The notes beneath the pieces were generated by a model that worked only from the letters and a program-made list of their open reading frames with translations, searched no databases and was not told where the DNA came from. This document shows, piece by piece, positions 27,675 through 43,300 of a stretch of 64,000 nucleotides of DNA. The stretch lies in assembly GCA_902770595.1 (NCBI GenBank), contig CACXTQ010000007.1:237-64236 (forward strand), given 5' to 3'. A program made the position numbers and the translations under genes. Positions within the stretch are counted from its first letter, which is position 1. Each line of letters begins with the position of its first letter. Source of the stretch: an uncultured Bacteroidales bacterium. Its GTDB lineage: Bacteria > Bacteroidota > Bacteroidia > Bacteroidales > UBA3663.

Positions 27675-28994
27675 ATGCTACACATTGACAAAGCCAAGGT
27701 AAGACGCCTGCTGCTGACTGGCAACTTCGGCCTTGAGAAGGAGATGCTGCGCGTGACGGCCGACGGACGCATGGCCCACACACCGCATCCCTTCGCCGAC
27801 GACGAGCACATCACGCGCGACTTCTGCGAGAACCAGACTGAAATCAACACAGCAGTGTTCAAGTCGGCCGACGAAGTGGTGGGCAACCTTTACGACCATA
27901 CTCGACGCATACAACAGCGCATCGCCAAACAAGGCGAACTGCTGTGGCCATTCTCCAATCCACCCTACATCCGCGACGAGGAGGACATCCCCGTGGCGCA
28001 ATTCGAGGGCGGACGCTCGTCGAAGACCGCCTATCGCAACTACCTCTCCGACCGCTACGGACGCTACAAGATGACGCTTTCGGGCATCCACTTCAACTAT
28101 TCCTTTTCGGGTGACCTGCTTCGCCAGAACTACGAGGCTGAGACGGGCTTTCACGTCAAGAAAGGCCAGGAGACCGCTGCCTACCGCGCCTACGAGAGCC
28201 GCCTCTATCTCGACCTTGCCGAGCGACTTGTGTCGTACGGATGGATCATGACCGTGCTGACAGCGGCTTCGCCCATCCTCGACCCCAGTTTCTTCGAACA
28301 AGGGAAACAGGAGAAGAACGGTGCCACGTTTGTGGGCATGGCGAGTGTGCGATGCTCGGAACTGGGCTATTGGAACGCCTTCACGCCCGAATTGGATTAC
28401 AGCAGCATCGGCACCTATGCCGACAGCATCCAGCACTATGTGGACAAGGGTTGGATCAAGGCTCCTTCGGAACTCTACTACCCCATTCGCCTGAAACCCC
28501 GTGGCGCGAACCGGCTGGAGACGTTGCGCGAGCAGGGGGTCAACCACATCGAACTGCGCATGATCGACCTCAACCCACTGCGCTTAGAAGGCATCGACGT
28601 GCGCGACGTGAAGTTTGCACAGCTCCTCCTCGTTTGGCTTGCCGCTACACCACGCCAACCCATCACTTCGAAGGACCAGATGCAGGCCATCGCCAACTTC
28701 AAGAATGCCGCCCACTATGACCTGAGGACGGTGAAGATCGTGATGCCCGATGGTGAAGTAAGCACCGCAGCCGAAGCAGCACTGAAGATACTGGGCTCGA
28801 TGCGCAACTTCTTCCTCGGCATCGACGCCACAGGCGAGGTCATGGACGTGCTGGATTATCAATATCGTAAAATCACCTCACCCGAGGATTACCGCTACGC
28901 ATGGATCGTGAAGCGCGTATTCTCGGAAGGTTTCAAGAAAAAAGGACTACAATTATGTGCGAACTACTCGGCCTTAGCAGCCGAAAGCGAATAG
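27675..28994 (+). CDS. gshA: Glutamate-cysteine ligase (GshA / GshF N-terminal type)
   Basis: FGLEKEMLRV, HITRDF.E.Q.E, LWPFS, SGIHFNYS, ELYYPIRLK, HIELRMIDLNP. Confidence 0.8.
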   Translation: MLHIDKAKVRRLLLTGNFGLEKEMLRVTADGRMAHTPHPFADDEHITRDFCENQTEINTAVFKSADEVVGNLYDHTRRIQQRIAKQGELLWPFSNPPYIRDEEDIPVAQFEGGRSSKTAYRNYLSDRYGRYKMTLSGIHFNYSFSGDLLRQNYEAETGFHVKKGQETAAYRAYESRLYLDLAERLVSYGWIMTVLTAASPILDPSFFEQGKQEKNGATFVGMASVRCSELGYWNAFTPELDYSSIGTYADSIQHYVDKGWIKAPSELYYPIRLKPRGANRLETLREQGVNHIELRMIDLNPLRLEGIDVRDVKFAQLLLVWLAATPRQPITSKDQMQAIANFKNAAHYDLRTVKIVMPDGEVSTAAEAALKILGSMRNFFLGIDATGEVMDVLDYQYRKITSPEDYRYAWIVKRVFSEGFKKKGLQLCANYSALAAESE

Positions 28995-29731
28995 AGGTAA
29001 ACGGTTATCTGCGAACATTTTATTCCCACAGTGAGCGACATTGCCACGGGTGGGGACTGGCACTCTTCTACGGCGATGCCGTATCGTTGGAGAAGGAAGC
29101 CATCAGTGCCAATCAGAGCCACTACCTCATGCAGCGTATCGCCCACCCCATACTCATCGACAACATGATTGCCCACATACGCCTGGCTTCGGTAGGCCGC
29201 ATGTTCTACGAGAACAGCCATCCCTTCGTGAAGCACGACAATCGTGGACGCTCATGGACACTTGCCCACAACGGCACCATCTTCGACTTCCCCCACCTCG
29301 ACGACTTCAAGGAGGCACAAGAAGGACAGACCGACTCGGAACGCGTACTCTACTATTTCCTCGACGAGATCAACCGCAAGCAGGACCGCCTCGGACGGGC
29401 ACTCTCGCCCGAGGAGCGTTTCGCGCTGCTCGACAAGCTCATAGCCGACCTTTCGGTCCACAACAAACTCAACCTCCTGCTTTGGGACGGCGAATACATG
29501 TACGCCCACACCAACTATCGCGACACATTGCATCTGCTGCAAAAGGATGCCGACACCATCGTCTTCTCGACCCAACCTCTTTCGGACGAAGACTGGCGAC
29601 CTGTGCCCTTCCTCCGGCTGCAAGTCTATCGCAAGGGGCATCTGGTCTATACAGGCACCCACGAGAGTGAGGAATACTTCGACCCTGTGAAGGACTACGA
29701 GTACCGCAATTTCGACTACGCACATCTATAG
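28955..29731 (+). CDS. Class II glutamine amidotransferase (YafJ/EgtC/Dug3-like)
   Basis: N-terminal MCELLG (Cys2 nucleophile), HGWG, AHIR.AS, N.HPF, AHNG, GQTDSE. Confidence 0.9.
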   Translation: MCELLGLSSRKRIEVNGYLRTFYSHSERHCHGWGLALFYGDAVSLEKEAISANQSHYLMQRIAHPILIDNMIAHIRLASVGRMFYENSHPFVKHDNRGRSWTLAHNGTIFDFPHLDDFKEAQEGQTDSERVLYYFLDEINRKQDRLGRALSPEERFALLDKLIADLSVHNKLNLLLWDGEYMYAHTNYRDTLHLLQKDADTIVFSTQPLSDEDWRPVPFLRLQVYRKGHLVYTGTHESEEYFDPVKDYEYRNFDYAHL

Positions 29732-29996
29732 CGCACAAGCGTCACAAGTACATTGTCGAGTGTCACGATGCTATATCATATTGCAGATATAGCATCGTGA
29801 TTTCGCGTTGTGGTCAATTCTTCCACACACAGATTACAAAAAGAAACTTTTTTCATTAAAATACTCTCCTTTTCGCACCCATTCGGCAATTCTTCACTAA
29901 AAAAATCCAATCTGTCGAAAAAAAAGTTATATTTGCAGCGATTTAAAATCACATGCAAACACCCTATACTAATTACTAACTTCAAATCTAATCATT

Positions 29997-32900
29997 ATGA
30001 TGCAAATTTTTCAGAAAAGGCACGCCCTGCTGACCCTGTTTGCACTTTCGGCATTTACCTATGCCCAAGCGCAGATCAAGGTGAGCGGCGTAGTTGTCGA
30101 TGAAGCCGGCATGGAAGTCATCGGCGCATCCGTCCTCGAAAAAGGAACACAGAACGGTAACGTCACCGACCTCGACGGCCGCTTCGAGTTCCAGACCGTG
30201 AGCAGCAATCCTACCCTTGTCATCTCGTTTGTGGGCTACACCACACAGGAGGTGAAAGCCACCACCGCCCCTCTCCGCATCGTCCTCGCCGAGGACAGCC
30301 AGGTGCTCGATGAAATGGTGGTCGTCGGCTACGGCGTGCAGAAGAAGAGTGTCCTGACCGGTGCCATCTCGTCGGTGAAGCCCGATGACATGATGAAGAC
30401 CGCCAACACACGTCCCGAACAGGCCCTGCAGGGCAAGACCTCGGGCGTACAGGTAATGTCGTCGTCGGGAGCCCCCGGTGAAGGCATCAAGATCCGTGTG
30501 CGCGGTGTATCGTCGAACGGCAAGGCCGACCCGCTCTACATCGTCGATGGCCTCCGCACCGACGACATCTCGACCCTCGAACCTTCGAACATCGCCTCGA
30601 TGGAGGTGCTCAAGGACGGTGCCTCGGCAGCCATCTATGGTGCTGAAGGCGGCAACGGCGTCATCCTCATCACCACCAAGTCGGGCAAGGCAGGCAAGAC
30701 ACAGGTCACCTACGACTTCCAGTATGCCATCCAGAGCCTGGGCCGCACGCCCGAGATGATGAACGCAGCGAAATACAAGAGCTACATGACCGGCGCAGGC
30801 CAGAACATCGTCGATTCGAAATACGACACCGACTGGCTCGACGAGATGTTCGAAGCAGCTCCCATGATGAAGCACAGCCTGTCGATGACGGGCGGCAACG
30901 AGAAACTGACCTACTTCGGCTCGGTTTCGTACCTCGACCACGAAGGTATCGTTGTGGGTGACCAGGACAACTACAAGCGCTACAGCGGCATGTTCAACGG
31001 CTCGGTACAGGCCACCAAGGGCTCAAGATGACCAGCAGCATCCAGATGAACCGCAACGTCAAGACCTCGTTCAGCCTCAACGACGAAAGCCGCGGTGTGA
31101 TTGCCAACGCCCTGATGCTCGACCCCATGACACCCGCCTTCTACACTGCCGACGAGCTTACAGCCAACATGCGCAACATGCTCGCAGCAGGCCGCAACCT
31201 CATGATGAACGGCGACCGCTACTATGCCATCTCGGACAACGTGTCGGGTGAGTGTATCAACCCCATGGTGCAGCGTGACCTTGCTCAGACGCGCACCGTG
31301 ATGAACTCGATGATGGCCAACGTAGGCCTAGAAATCACTCCCTTCAAGGGATTCGTCTTCAGTTCGAAGTTCGGTGCCAACTACAACCAGTACCGCGCCC
31401 ACGCCTATCGTCCCGCCTACTACTACAGCACCGAGATGAACAACAGCTCGTCGATGGTGAGCGAGTCGGACTACACGACCTTCTACTACCAGTGGGAAAA
31501 CTTCGCCAACTACAACACTTCGATCAACGATGTCCATAACCTCGCGTTCGTTGTGGGTACAGCCGTTTCGGAGCGCAACTTCGAGACACTCTCTGCTTCG
31601 GGCTATCCCCTGCTCAACGACTCGGAGAACTTCGCACACCTGAGCTACCTCTCCAGCCAGACGGGCACCAGCGCCAGCGGCACCACCATCATCGACCGCA
31701 AGTTCTCGTACTTCGGCCGTGTGAACTACGACTACAAGAACAAGTACCTCTTCGAGGCCACCATCCGCCGCGATGCAGCAGGCCTGTCGATCCTGCCGAA
31801 GGACAAGCGCTGGGGTACCTTCCCTGCAGCCTCTGTGGGTTGGGTCATCAGCCGTGAGGAATGGTTCCCGAAGACCGACTTCATCACCAACCTGAAACTG
31901 CGTGCCAGCTGGGGCCGCAACGGTTCGCTCTCGAACCTCGGCAGCTACAGCTACTCGGCAGCCATCTCTTCGACACTCAGCACCTTCTCCTACTATAGCT
32001 GGTCACCCATCGTGGCTCCGCGTCAGTACCAGAATGCCGACGGTTCGTACAGCACCGCCGCACAGCCCGGCACCCTCGGCAACTACAACCTGACCTGGGA
32101 GACCTCCGACCAGTGGGACCTCGGCATCGACCTGCGCATGCTGCGCGACCGACTGACGTTCGGCTTCGACTACTACCGCAAGACCACCAAGGACCTGATC
32201 ACCAACAACACCCCCGCCCTCGAAGCCGGCAACTCGGCTTCGCCCATCAACGGCGGTGACGTGCTCAACAAGGGTATCGACATCGAACTTGCCTGGAACG
32301 ACCACATCGGCGACTTCACCTACAGCATCAACGGCAACATCTCGTTCCTCAGCAACGAAGCTACACGCCTCGACGAGTCGATCTCGCGCATCTCGGGTGC
32401 CAACCTGATGCAGTGGACCGGCGCAACAGCCTTCGAGAAAGGTTATCCCGTCTGGTACTTCCGCGGACTGAAGGGCAAGGGCGTGGATCCTTCGACAGGA
32501 CAGGCCATCTTTGAGGACTACAACGGCGACGGCAACATCAATGCCGACGACTACCAGGAGATCGGCTCAGCCATCCCCGACTTCACCTATGGCGTCACCA
32601 TCACCCTCGGCTACAAGGGCTTCGACTTCACCGTATTCGGTGCAGGCTCACAAGGCAACGAGGTGCTGATGGGCTTCCGTCGTCCCGACCGCCCGACCAC
32701 CAACAAGCTTGCCACCTTCTACGACGACGCATGGACAGGTGCCGGACAGGGCGCCAAATATCCTTCGACCATCGAGCAGGTGAACAACACCAACTTCTGG
32801 AATTCGGACTTCATGGTATTCGACGGCAGCTACTTCAAGATCAAGCAGATCCAGCTTGGCTACACGCTGCCCAAACCCGTGCTTGCCAAGATGTTCCTCT

Positions 32901-33064
32901 CGAACCTTCGCGCATACTGCTCGCTCGAAGACTTCTTCACCTTCACCAGCTATCCCGGCATGGATCCCGAAGCCTCGACAGGCGACAACAACGCCCAGGG
33001 CATCGACCGCGGATTCTTCCCGGCTTCCAAGAAGGTTATGTTCGGTCTTTCACTTTCTTTCTAA
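29997..33064 (+). pseudogene. susC: SusC/RagA TonB-dependent transporter with 1-bp frameshift at ~31019-31021 (possibly assembly error)
   Basis: VVVGYG, LQGK.SGV, PLYIVDG, VLKDGASAAIYG; GCC ACC AAG GG CTC AAG ATG restores ATKWLKM with one inserted T; ends LSLSF. Confidence 0.9.
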
Positions 33065-33085
33065 TCACTTAAATTTTGCAACACT

Positions 33086-34675
33086 ATGAAAAAATATATT
33101 TATGGTGCCTTGGCACTGATGATTCTGCCTTATGCAAGCTGCGAGGATTGGATGGACACCGAGCAGCAGGGTGCTATTGCCATGGAGAACTTCTACTCCA
33201 ACGAGGACGAGGCACTGCAAGGAATCTATGCGATCTACGACAAGCTTCAGGCTGACGACCTGAACATGTTCTACTACAAGAACAACCTGGCCGACGATGC
33301 ACAGGGTGGCGGCGGTTCGCCTTCGGACAACGCCATGGGCCGCGAGCTCGACGAGTTCCGTTTCGGTTCGTCGAACTCCATCCTCTCGGGTGTGTTCTCG
33401 CACTACTACCAGGTGATCTATTGCTGCAACCTCTATCTGAAGAACTTCCCAGCCGAGACGGCTACTGCCAACGAGAAGCAGTGGCGCGGCGAGGCGCTCG
33501 CCCTTCGTGCACAATCGTATCTCGAACTCGTCACCCTCTGGGGTCCTGTGCCCCTCGTGATCGAACCGCTTGAGGCAGGCAACTACAACCAGCCAGTCAC
33601 ATCGGAAGAAGAGATCTATGCACAAATCGAGGCCGACCTCACCGAGGCCATCTCCGTGCTGCCCGTGAAGAGCGCCTACAGCGCCAAGGACAAGGGACGC
33701 GTAAGCAAGGGCACTGCCCAGGCATGGCTTGGCAAGGCTCAACTCTACGAGGCAAGCCCGGGCTTCCTGAACAAGACTGCCAAGTATGCCGACGCTGCCA
33801 ACAACCTCAAGGCGGTGATCAGCAGCGGCGAGTATTCGCTCATCCCCGACTTCCGCCAGGTATGCCGCGTCTCGTCGGAGTTCGGCCCCGAATCGGTATT
33901 CGAGGTTTCCTACACGGGCGACAAGACCGCGCACTACGAGTCGTGCCACCTTGTGGCCTACTGCGGACCTCGTTCGCCATGGTTCAGCAATGCCGGCACC
34001 TCGGGACTCTCGATCTCGGGATGGGGCTTCTGCAACCCCAACAACTCGGGCCTCTTCGAACTCTATCGTGACGAGGGTGACCTGATCCGCATGGAAGGCA
34101 CCGTCCTCGACGAGGAGTACTTCGAGGAGTTCTACGGTGTGCCCAACTGCCTGCATGCCGCCGACGGCAGCATCCCGTTCGGTTGCGACGGACTGATTCG
34201 CATGAAGTACGGCGCATTCCTTTCGGAGACCGTCGATCCGAGCGATGAAGGCTGGCACTGTATCGGTGGCACCAACTACCGCATCACCCGTTATGCCGAC
34301 GTACTGCTGATGGCTGCCGAAGCCATCCTCCAGAGCGGTGGCAACGTCAGCGAGGCACTGAGCTACGTCAACCAGGTGCGCAGCCGCGTCAACCTGCCTG
34401 CCCTCACCAACCTTACGCTTGACGACATCAAGAAGGAGCGTCGCATGGAACTTGCCTTCGAGTTTGTACGCTACCAGGATCTGCTCCGCTGGGGCGATGC
34501 TGCCACCGTGCTTGCCAACCAGGGCAAGAAGGTGTCGCTCGGCACCTTCGAGAATGGTGTCGAGCAGTTCCTCACTCCCGACAATGCAGGTTTCAAGAGC
34601 TACAACCGCTACCTGCCTTATCCTGAGACTGAGCTCACCGTCAACAACCTGATCACCCAGCACGAAGGCTATTGA
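33086..34675 (+). CDS. susD: SusD/RagB lipoprotein
   Basis: Lipobox ASC, GEA..LRA..Y..LV..WG.VP, RYADVLLM.AEA, ERRMELAFE. Confidence 0.93.
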   Translation: MKKYIYGALALMILPYASCEDWMDTEQQGAIAMENFYSNEDEALQGIYAIYDKLQADDLNMFYYKNNLADDAQGGGGSPSDNAMGRELDEFRFGSSNSILSGVFSHYYQVIYCCNLYLKNFPAETATANEKQWRGEALALRAQSYLELVTLWGPVPLVIEPLEAGNYNQPVTSEEEIYAQIEADLTEAISVLPVKSAYSAKDKGRVSKGTAQAWLGKAQLYEASPGFLNKTAKYADAANNLKAVISSGEYSLIPDFRQVCRVSSEFGPESVFEVSYTGDKTAHYESCHLVAYCGPRSPWFSNAGTSGLSISGWGFCNPNNSGLFELYRDEGDLIRMEGTVLDEEYFEEFYGVPNCLHAADGSIPFGCDGLIRMKYGAFLSETVDPSDEGWHCIGGTNYRITRYADVLLMAAEAILQSGGNVSEALSYVNQVRSRVNLPALTNLTLDDIKKERRMELAFEFVRYQDLLRWGDAATVLANQGKKVSLGTFENGVEQFLTPDNAGFKSYNRYLPYPETELTVNNLITQHEGY

Positions 34676-34810
34676 TGCCTCGGCGCTGATAATGCCTACA
34701 AGGTCTCCTGTCCTGGTCCGCAAAGAACAGGATAGGGGACCTTTGATGCTTTTCACGTCAGCAAAGACAACAGTGTTCCCTGAAAAATCCTTTATCATAT
34801 AATAATATAA

Positions 34811-38689
<3,879 letters not shown>

Positions 38690-38704
38690 CCTCTTTTAAT
38701 TATT

Positions 38705-40261
38705 ATGCGTACCCCAACAAAACTCTTCTTCCCGCTTGCAGCCGGGCTACTTATCGTCACGAGTTGCAAGCAGGAACCTGCCATGAGCATCAAGGAGATG
38801 GTCCAATCCACCCGTGACAACTATTACCAGACGGTCCAGCCTACAGCTCCCACACAGGCCCACCAGACCATCACCATCGATCCGGCAGCCACCGCACAGA
38901 CCGTCAAGGGCTTCGGCACCTGCTTCAACGAGCTGGGCTGGGCCAGCCTGAAGACGCTGCCCGAAGAGACGCTCCGCGACATCTTTGCCGAACTCTACGA
39001 ACCCGGCAAGGGCGCCAACTTCAATCGTGCCCGCATGTCGATAGGTGCCAATGACTTTGCCCTCGACTACTATTCGTGCGACGACACCGACGGCGACTTC
39101 GAACTGAAGGATTTCAGCATCGAGCGCGACAAGCAGAATGTCATCCCGATGATGAAACTTGCCCTGGCCGCCAATCCCGACATCTACTGGTTTGCTTCGC
39201 CCTGGTGTCCTCCCAAATGGATGAAACTGACCAAGCACTATGCCGAGCGCTCGATCTCGAAAAAACTCATCGAACGCATGAAGAAGGCACAGGAGGCTGC
39301 TGCCAAGGCCCAGGGCCCCAAGCCCGGTGAGGAAGGCGGTGTGAGCGCTACCTCAGGATTCTTCTCCGATGGTCCCCTTGCCTTCCGCATGGAGCCACAG
39401 GAGAACGATGCCCTCCCCGGCGAGGAAGGTGCAGAAGGCAAGACTTCGTTCAACATGAAGCCCGAATATCTTGATGCCTATGCCCGCTATTTCGGCAAGT
39501 TTGTCGATGCCTATCGAGCTGAAGGCGTCAACATCCAGGTGGTGATGCCGCAGAACGAGCCCAACTCTGCCCAGCCTTATCCTTCGTGCTGCTGGCTTTC
39601 GCGCGACCTCAACATCTTCGTAGGCCAGTATCTCGGACCCGAGATGGCAAAGCGCGACGTGCAGGTCTATTTCGGCACCTGCGAACGTCCCGATCCCGCC
39701 AAGATTGACACCCTCCTGCAGGATCCCGAGTCGAGCAAGTACGTCAAGGGCGTAGGTTTCCAGTGGGCAGGCAAGGAAGCTCTTCCCACCATCTACCGCA
39801 ACTATCCCGACATCGACCTCGTACAGAGCGAACAGGAGTGCGGCAACGGCAAGAACAACTGGGAGGGCGCCATGCACTCGTGGGATCTGCAACGCGAATA
39901 CTTTGCCAACGGTGTGACGCAATACTACTACTGGAACACTTCGCTCTTCTTCGACAAACCCTCACGCTGGGGCTGGTTCCAGAACTCGCTCATCACTGTG
40001 AATGAGGCGGACAAGACCTGGACCTTTACGCCCGAATACTACGAGTTGAAGCACCTGAGCCACTTCGTACAGCCCGGCGCCAAGCGTCTCGTCCTCGGAG
40101 GTACCTATGAGGAGGTGCTCGGCTTCGTCAATCCCGATGGCAGCATCATCCTCGTGGCAGGCAACCAGACCGATGCCGATGCCAACATCGCCCTCACCTT
40201 GGGCAAGCAAAGCCTCAACGTCACCATTCCTGCTGCTTCGCTCTGCACACTGGTGCTCTAA
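38705..40261 (+). CDS. GH30 glycoside hydrolase lipoprotein
   Basis: GFGTCFNELGW, ASPWCPPKWMK, PQNEP acid/base, QSEQECG nucleophile. Confidence 0.88.
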   Translation: MRTPTKLFFPLAAGLLIVTSCKQEPAMSIKEMVQSTRDNYYQTVQPTAPTQAHQTITIDPAATAQTVKGFGTCFNELGWASLKTLPEETLRDIFAELYEPGKGANFNRARMSIGANDFALDYYSCDDTDGDFELKDFSIERDKQNVIPMMKLALAANPDIYWFASPWCPPKWMKLTKHYAERSISKKLIERMKKAQEAAAKAQGPKPGEEGGVSATSGFFSDGPLAFRMEPQENDALPGEEGAEGKTSFNMKPEYLDAYARYFGKFVDAYRAEGVNIQVVMPQNEPNSAQPYPSCCWLSRDLNIFVGQYLGPEMAKRDVQVYFGTCERPDPAKIDTLLQDPESSKYVKGVGFQWAGKEALPTIYRNYPDIDLVQSEQECGNGKNNWEGAMHSWDLQREYFANGVTQYYYWNTSLFFDKPSRWGWFQNSLITVNEADKTWTFTPEYYELKHLSHFVQPGAKRLVLGGTYEEVLGFVNPDGSIILVAGNQTDADANIALTLGKQSLNVTIPAASLCTLVL

Positions 40262-40285
40262 AACGCTGACAGCACGCTGAGCATA

Positions 40286-40325
40286 AAAAGGCCCCGACCA
40301 TCATGATGGATGGTCGGGGCCTTTG
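40286..40325. terminator. Bidirectional terminator between convergent operons
   Basis: AAAGGCCCCGACCATC-ATGATG-GATGGTCGGGGCCTTT. Confidence 0.85.
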
Positions 40326-40339
40326 GTTTGTCGCATGTA

Positions 40340-40380
40340 TCGGAGTATTCGGAATATTCAGAGTACTCGGAGTATTCAGA
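40340..40380. repeat. 9-bp tandem repeat (TC(G/A)GA(G/A)TAY)
   Basis: About 4.5 units; same family as 55410-55459. Confidence 0.75.
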
Positions 40381-40395
40381 AAAGAATGCGCTGGA

Positions 40396-43300
40396 TCATT
40401 GCCGGTTCTCCTCGGTGAAGATCACCTTTCTGCCACGATGGATATAGATGCCGGGCGAGGTGGGCTTTTGACCGAGACGGAAGCCTTGCAGCGTGTACCA
40501 CTCGGTGTCGTCGGTCGTCTCACGGTCAATGAGACTGATGCCATTGAGCTCGGCCAGGTCGATGACGAAGGGTTCCCACGGCGTGCCGATGTTGGCATCG
40601 GTGCTGAACGAGAGTGCGTCGCAGATGGTGATGATGTCGCCGTCGAGCGCTGCGCGAATCTCCATGGGCTGTCCGTTGCCCTGTCCGCTGATGAGCAGGT
40701 AGTAGAGATCGCTGGGGGAGGCGACGGCTGCTCCTCGGCATTCATCATTGATAAAGACTCCCAGCTCGGCTGTGGTGACATCGTCGAGGCCATCGACGAG
40801 GCGGATCACCATCGACATGTTGTCGGGATACAAAGTGGGATCGACAGGCGAGAAGACAGTCAAGGAATCTTCGGCCTGCTCGTCTTCCTCGTAGCGGGCA
40901 CGGACAGTTCTGGCGACTGGACCTGATGGATAGAAGAACTCCTTCTCGACGTCGTCGTTGCTCCAGTAGAGGTAGCCCTTGCCCGACTCCATGACGTGAA
41001 GGTTGCCTTCCCATCCGTTGTGGCCGTAGTAGGCGAAGCCCTTCTGCGACTTCACCTCGTCGCCCACCTTCGGATTGGCGCCGGCCAGTGCCTGGTCGAG
41101 TGTCATGTTAGAAGTGGGAAGATAGGCTATCCAGTTCCAGCGATTATTTGCCAGGGTGACGGGAGTGTCGTAGAGCTTGACAGGTTCGCCGGTCACGGGC
41201 AGCGGTGTAGGCAGTGGCGAGCTGGTGTCGAGCTCGGTGAGTGCCATCTTGTACATCACATTGGAGTGAATGTGGTCGAGCACGCCGTCCCAATAGACAC
41301 CGTTGCAATAGTAGGTGCCAGTGCTACGGTCCTTGATATAGACGTTCCACGAGGTGAGGTCGTTAAAGACTTCCGACGTAAAGGTGTTGGCGGGTTCAAC
41401 ACCAAGCGAGATCCAGTTCCAGTTGGGCGTCAGTTCGAGCTGCTGCTCAATCAACTTGCCCTTGGTAAAGATGACAGGCATGTCGAAGTTGCCGTAGTTT
41501 ACCGAGGGGTCGAAGCTGACGCCGATGGGAGCACCTTCAAGGGAGACGTTGACGCTGGAGTAAGCTACACCGGTAGAGGCATCCCAGATGCGGAAGGTGA
41601 CAGGCTTGTGCAGATCGATATCGACGATCTTACCGTTCACGCTCTTCTGCGGCGTACCATAGACGCTCATGGCTACGTAGGATGAACCTCGGAAGGGTTC
41701 GATGTTGGCTATGCCACGGCATTCGCCGTCGATGAATGCGGCCACGCAACTCTCACGATTGCCCATGAGAACACCGTTGATAAAGACCTGACCGACGATG
41801 CTCATTGCACTCTCATACTTGTCGGGATCGACGCTCCAGTTGGGCATCTTGCCGCGTACCTTTGCAATGATGCGCAGCGGCTCGAGAATCTCGTCGTTGC
41901 CCTGCAGACCCAGCGTGACATCGTAGTTACCCACGCTCAACAGTGGCTTCACCCAGAATCGCAGCGTCTTAGTGGACTGCGGAGCCAGCTCGCCGATGTT
42001 CTCGAGCGGAGAATCGTCGATGGCATCGACCAGCGACAGCCAACTTGGCATATTATATAAGGTATAATACTCGGTCTTACTACCCTTGTTTACGATGTCC
42101 ACATTGAAATATGTGTCCTCGCCATACTGCTTGATGACAGTGACGCTGTCCTTGGTCCACTTCAAGGTGTTGAGCTGCACATAGGCTGTCCAGCGAATGG
42201 GAGCCGACTTGTTGCCGTTCATGTCGTGAATCTGATCGACGGTGATGTTGAGCGTACTGCCTTCGAGTTCGCGAGCCTCCACACCGGCGGTATTTCTCAA
42301 GTTGATTACCATCTTGCGCTCAGAGGCCACAGGTACAGCGTCGATACGCTGCTCGACCACGGCGTTCTTGAGTGGTGGAGCGATAGAGGCAGCAGGATCG
42401 GATTGCTCGGATGACATCGCAACATACTGAACAGACTGGTCGGAGCCTGGGGTCATGTCGGCGAGAGTAAAGACCTTGGTGCGTACGCCATTGACCTCGC
42501 CCTCCTCTTCGAATGGATAGTAGGCCACAAGGCCGCGCGAATAGAAGTCGGCAGTGTCGAGGGTGTTGTACATGTTCTGGAGCAGGCGTTCCTCGGAGAG
42601 CGTTGCCTTCCAGATACGCAGTTCGTCGAACATTCCCTTAGAGTTGCGTCCAATCGTCATCGTATGACCATCGAACACGGGCATTTCGCGCTCGGCGATG
42701 ACTGCTGTGCGCCTGCCATCGACATAGAAGCCGACGGACTGTCCGCGCACAACGTTAAGGGCCAAATGGTGCCATTCGCCGGGCTTCGCCACTTCGGGTG
42801 TCGCCACGATGAGTGACTTCGCACCGTAGTCGAGCACGATGTTCTTCTCGGCATCGTAGTGGAGATTGAGTCGATAGGCATCCTTCGAGCCTGCCTCGAA
42901 TATACCTTCCTCGCCTTCGCTTGCAGCGTTGCTGAGGCTCCACAGTTCGATGGCGTAGCTCTCGTCGATGTAGGTATTGATCTTCCCGATATTTACGTTC
43001 ACACCGGCGGCATCCTTTACGTTCTCCAGACCGAAGGCGAAGTTCTTGTTGTTGATCAGCCAATTCTGGTTCACCTGGAAGTCATGGGTGTGGCGCGAAT
43101 CGACGGCCACGTTGCCATGGCCTTCGTTCATCGGCCAATAGTTCATCAAACCATAGACATAACTGTCCTTGGCCTGGTACTTCTTGGCAGCGACATCGTT
43201 CAGGTCGCGACAGTTACTGTAGAGTGCGAGGTCGTGCATTGCACCCTGCATGTTGCCGAGATAGAGGTAGTTGTCGTCGTTGTAGCCGATGGCAGCCAAA

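Noticed and set aside
27675-29731. Ergothioneine biosynthesis (egtA/egtC)
   Set aside because: No egtB or egtD in the operon; the FGE-domain protein at 53959 is a lipoprotein lacking the DinB-like domain of EgtB.
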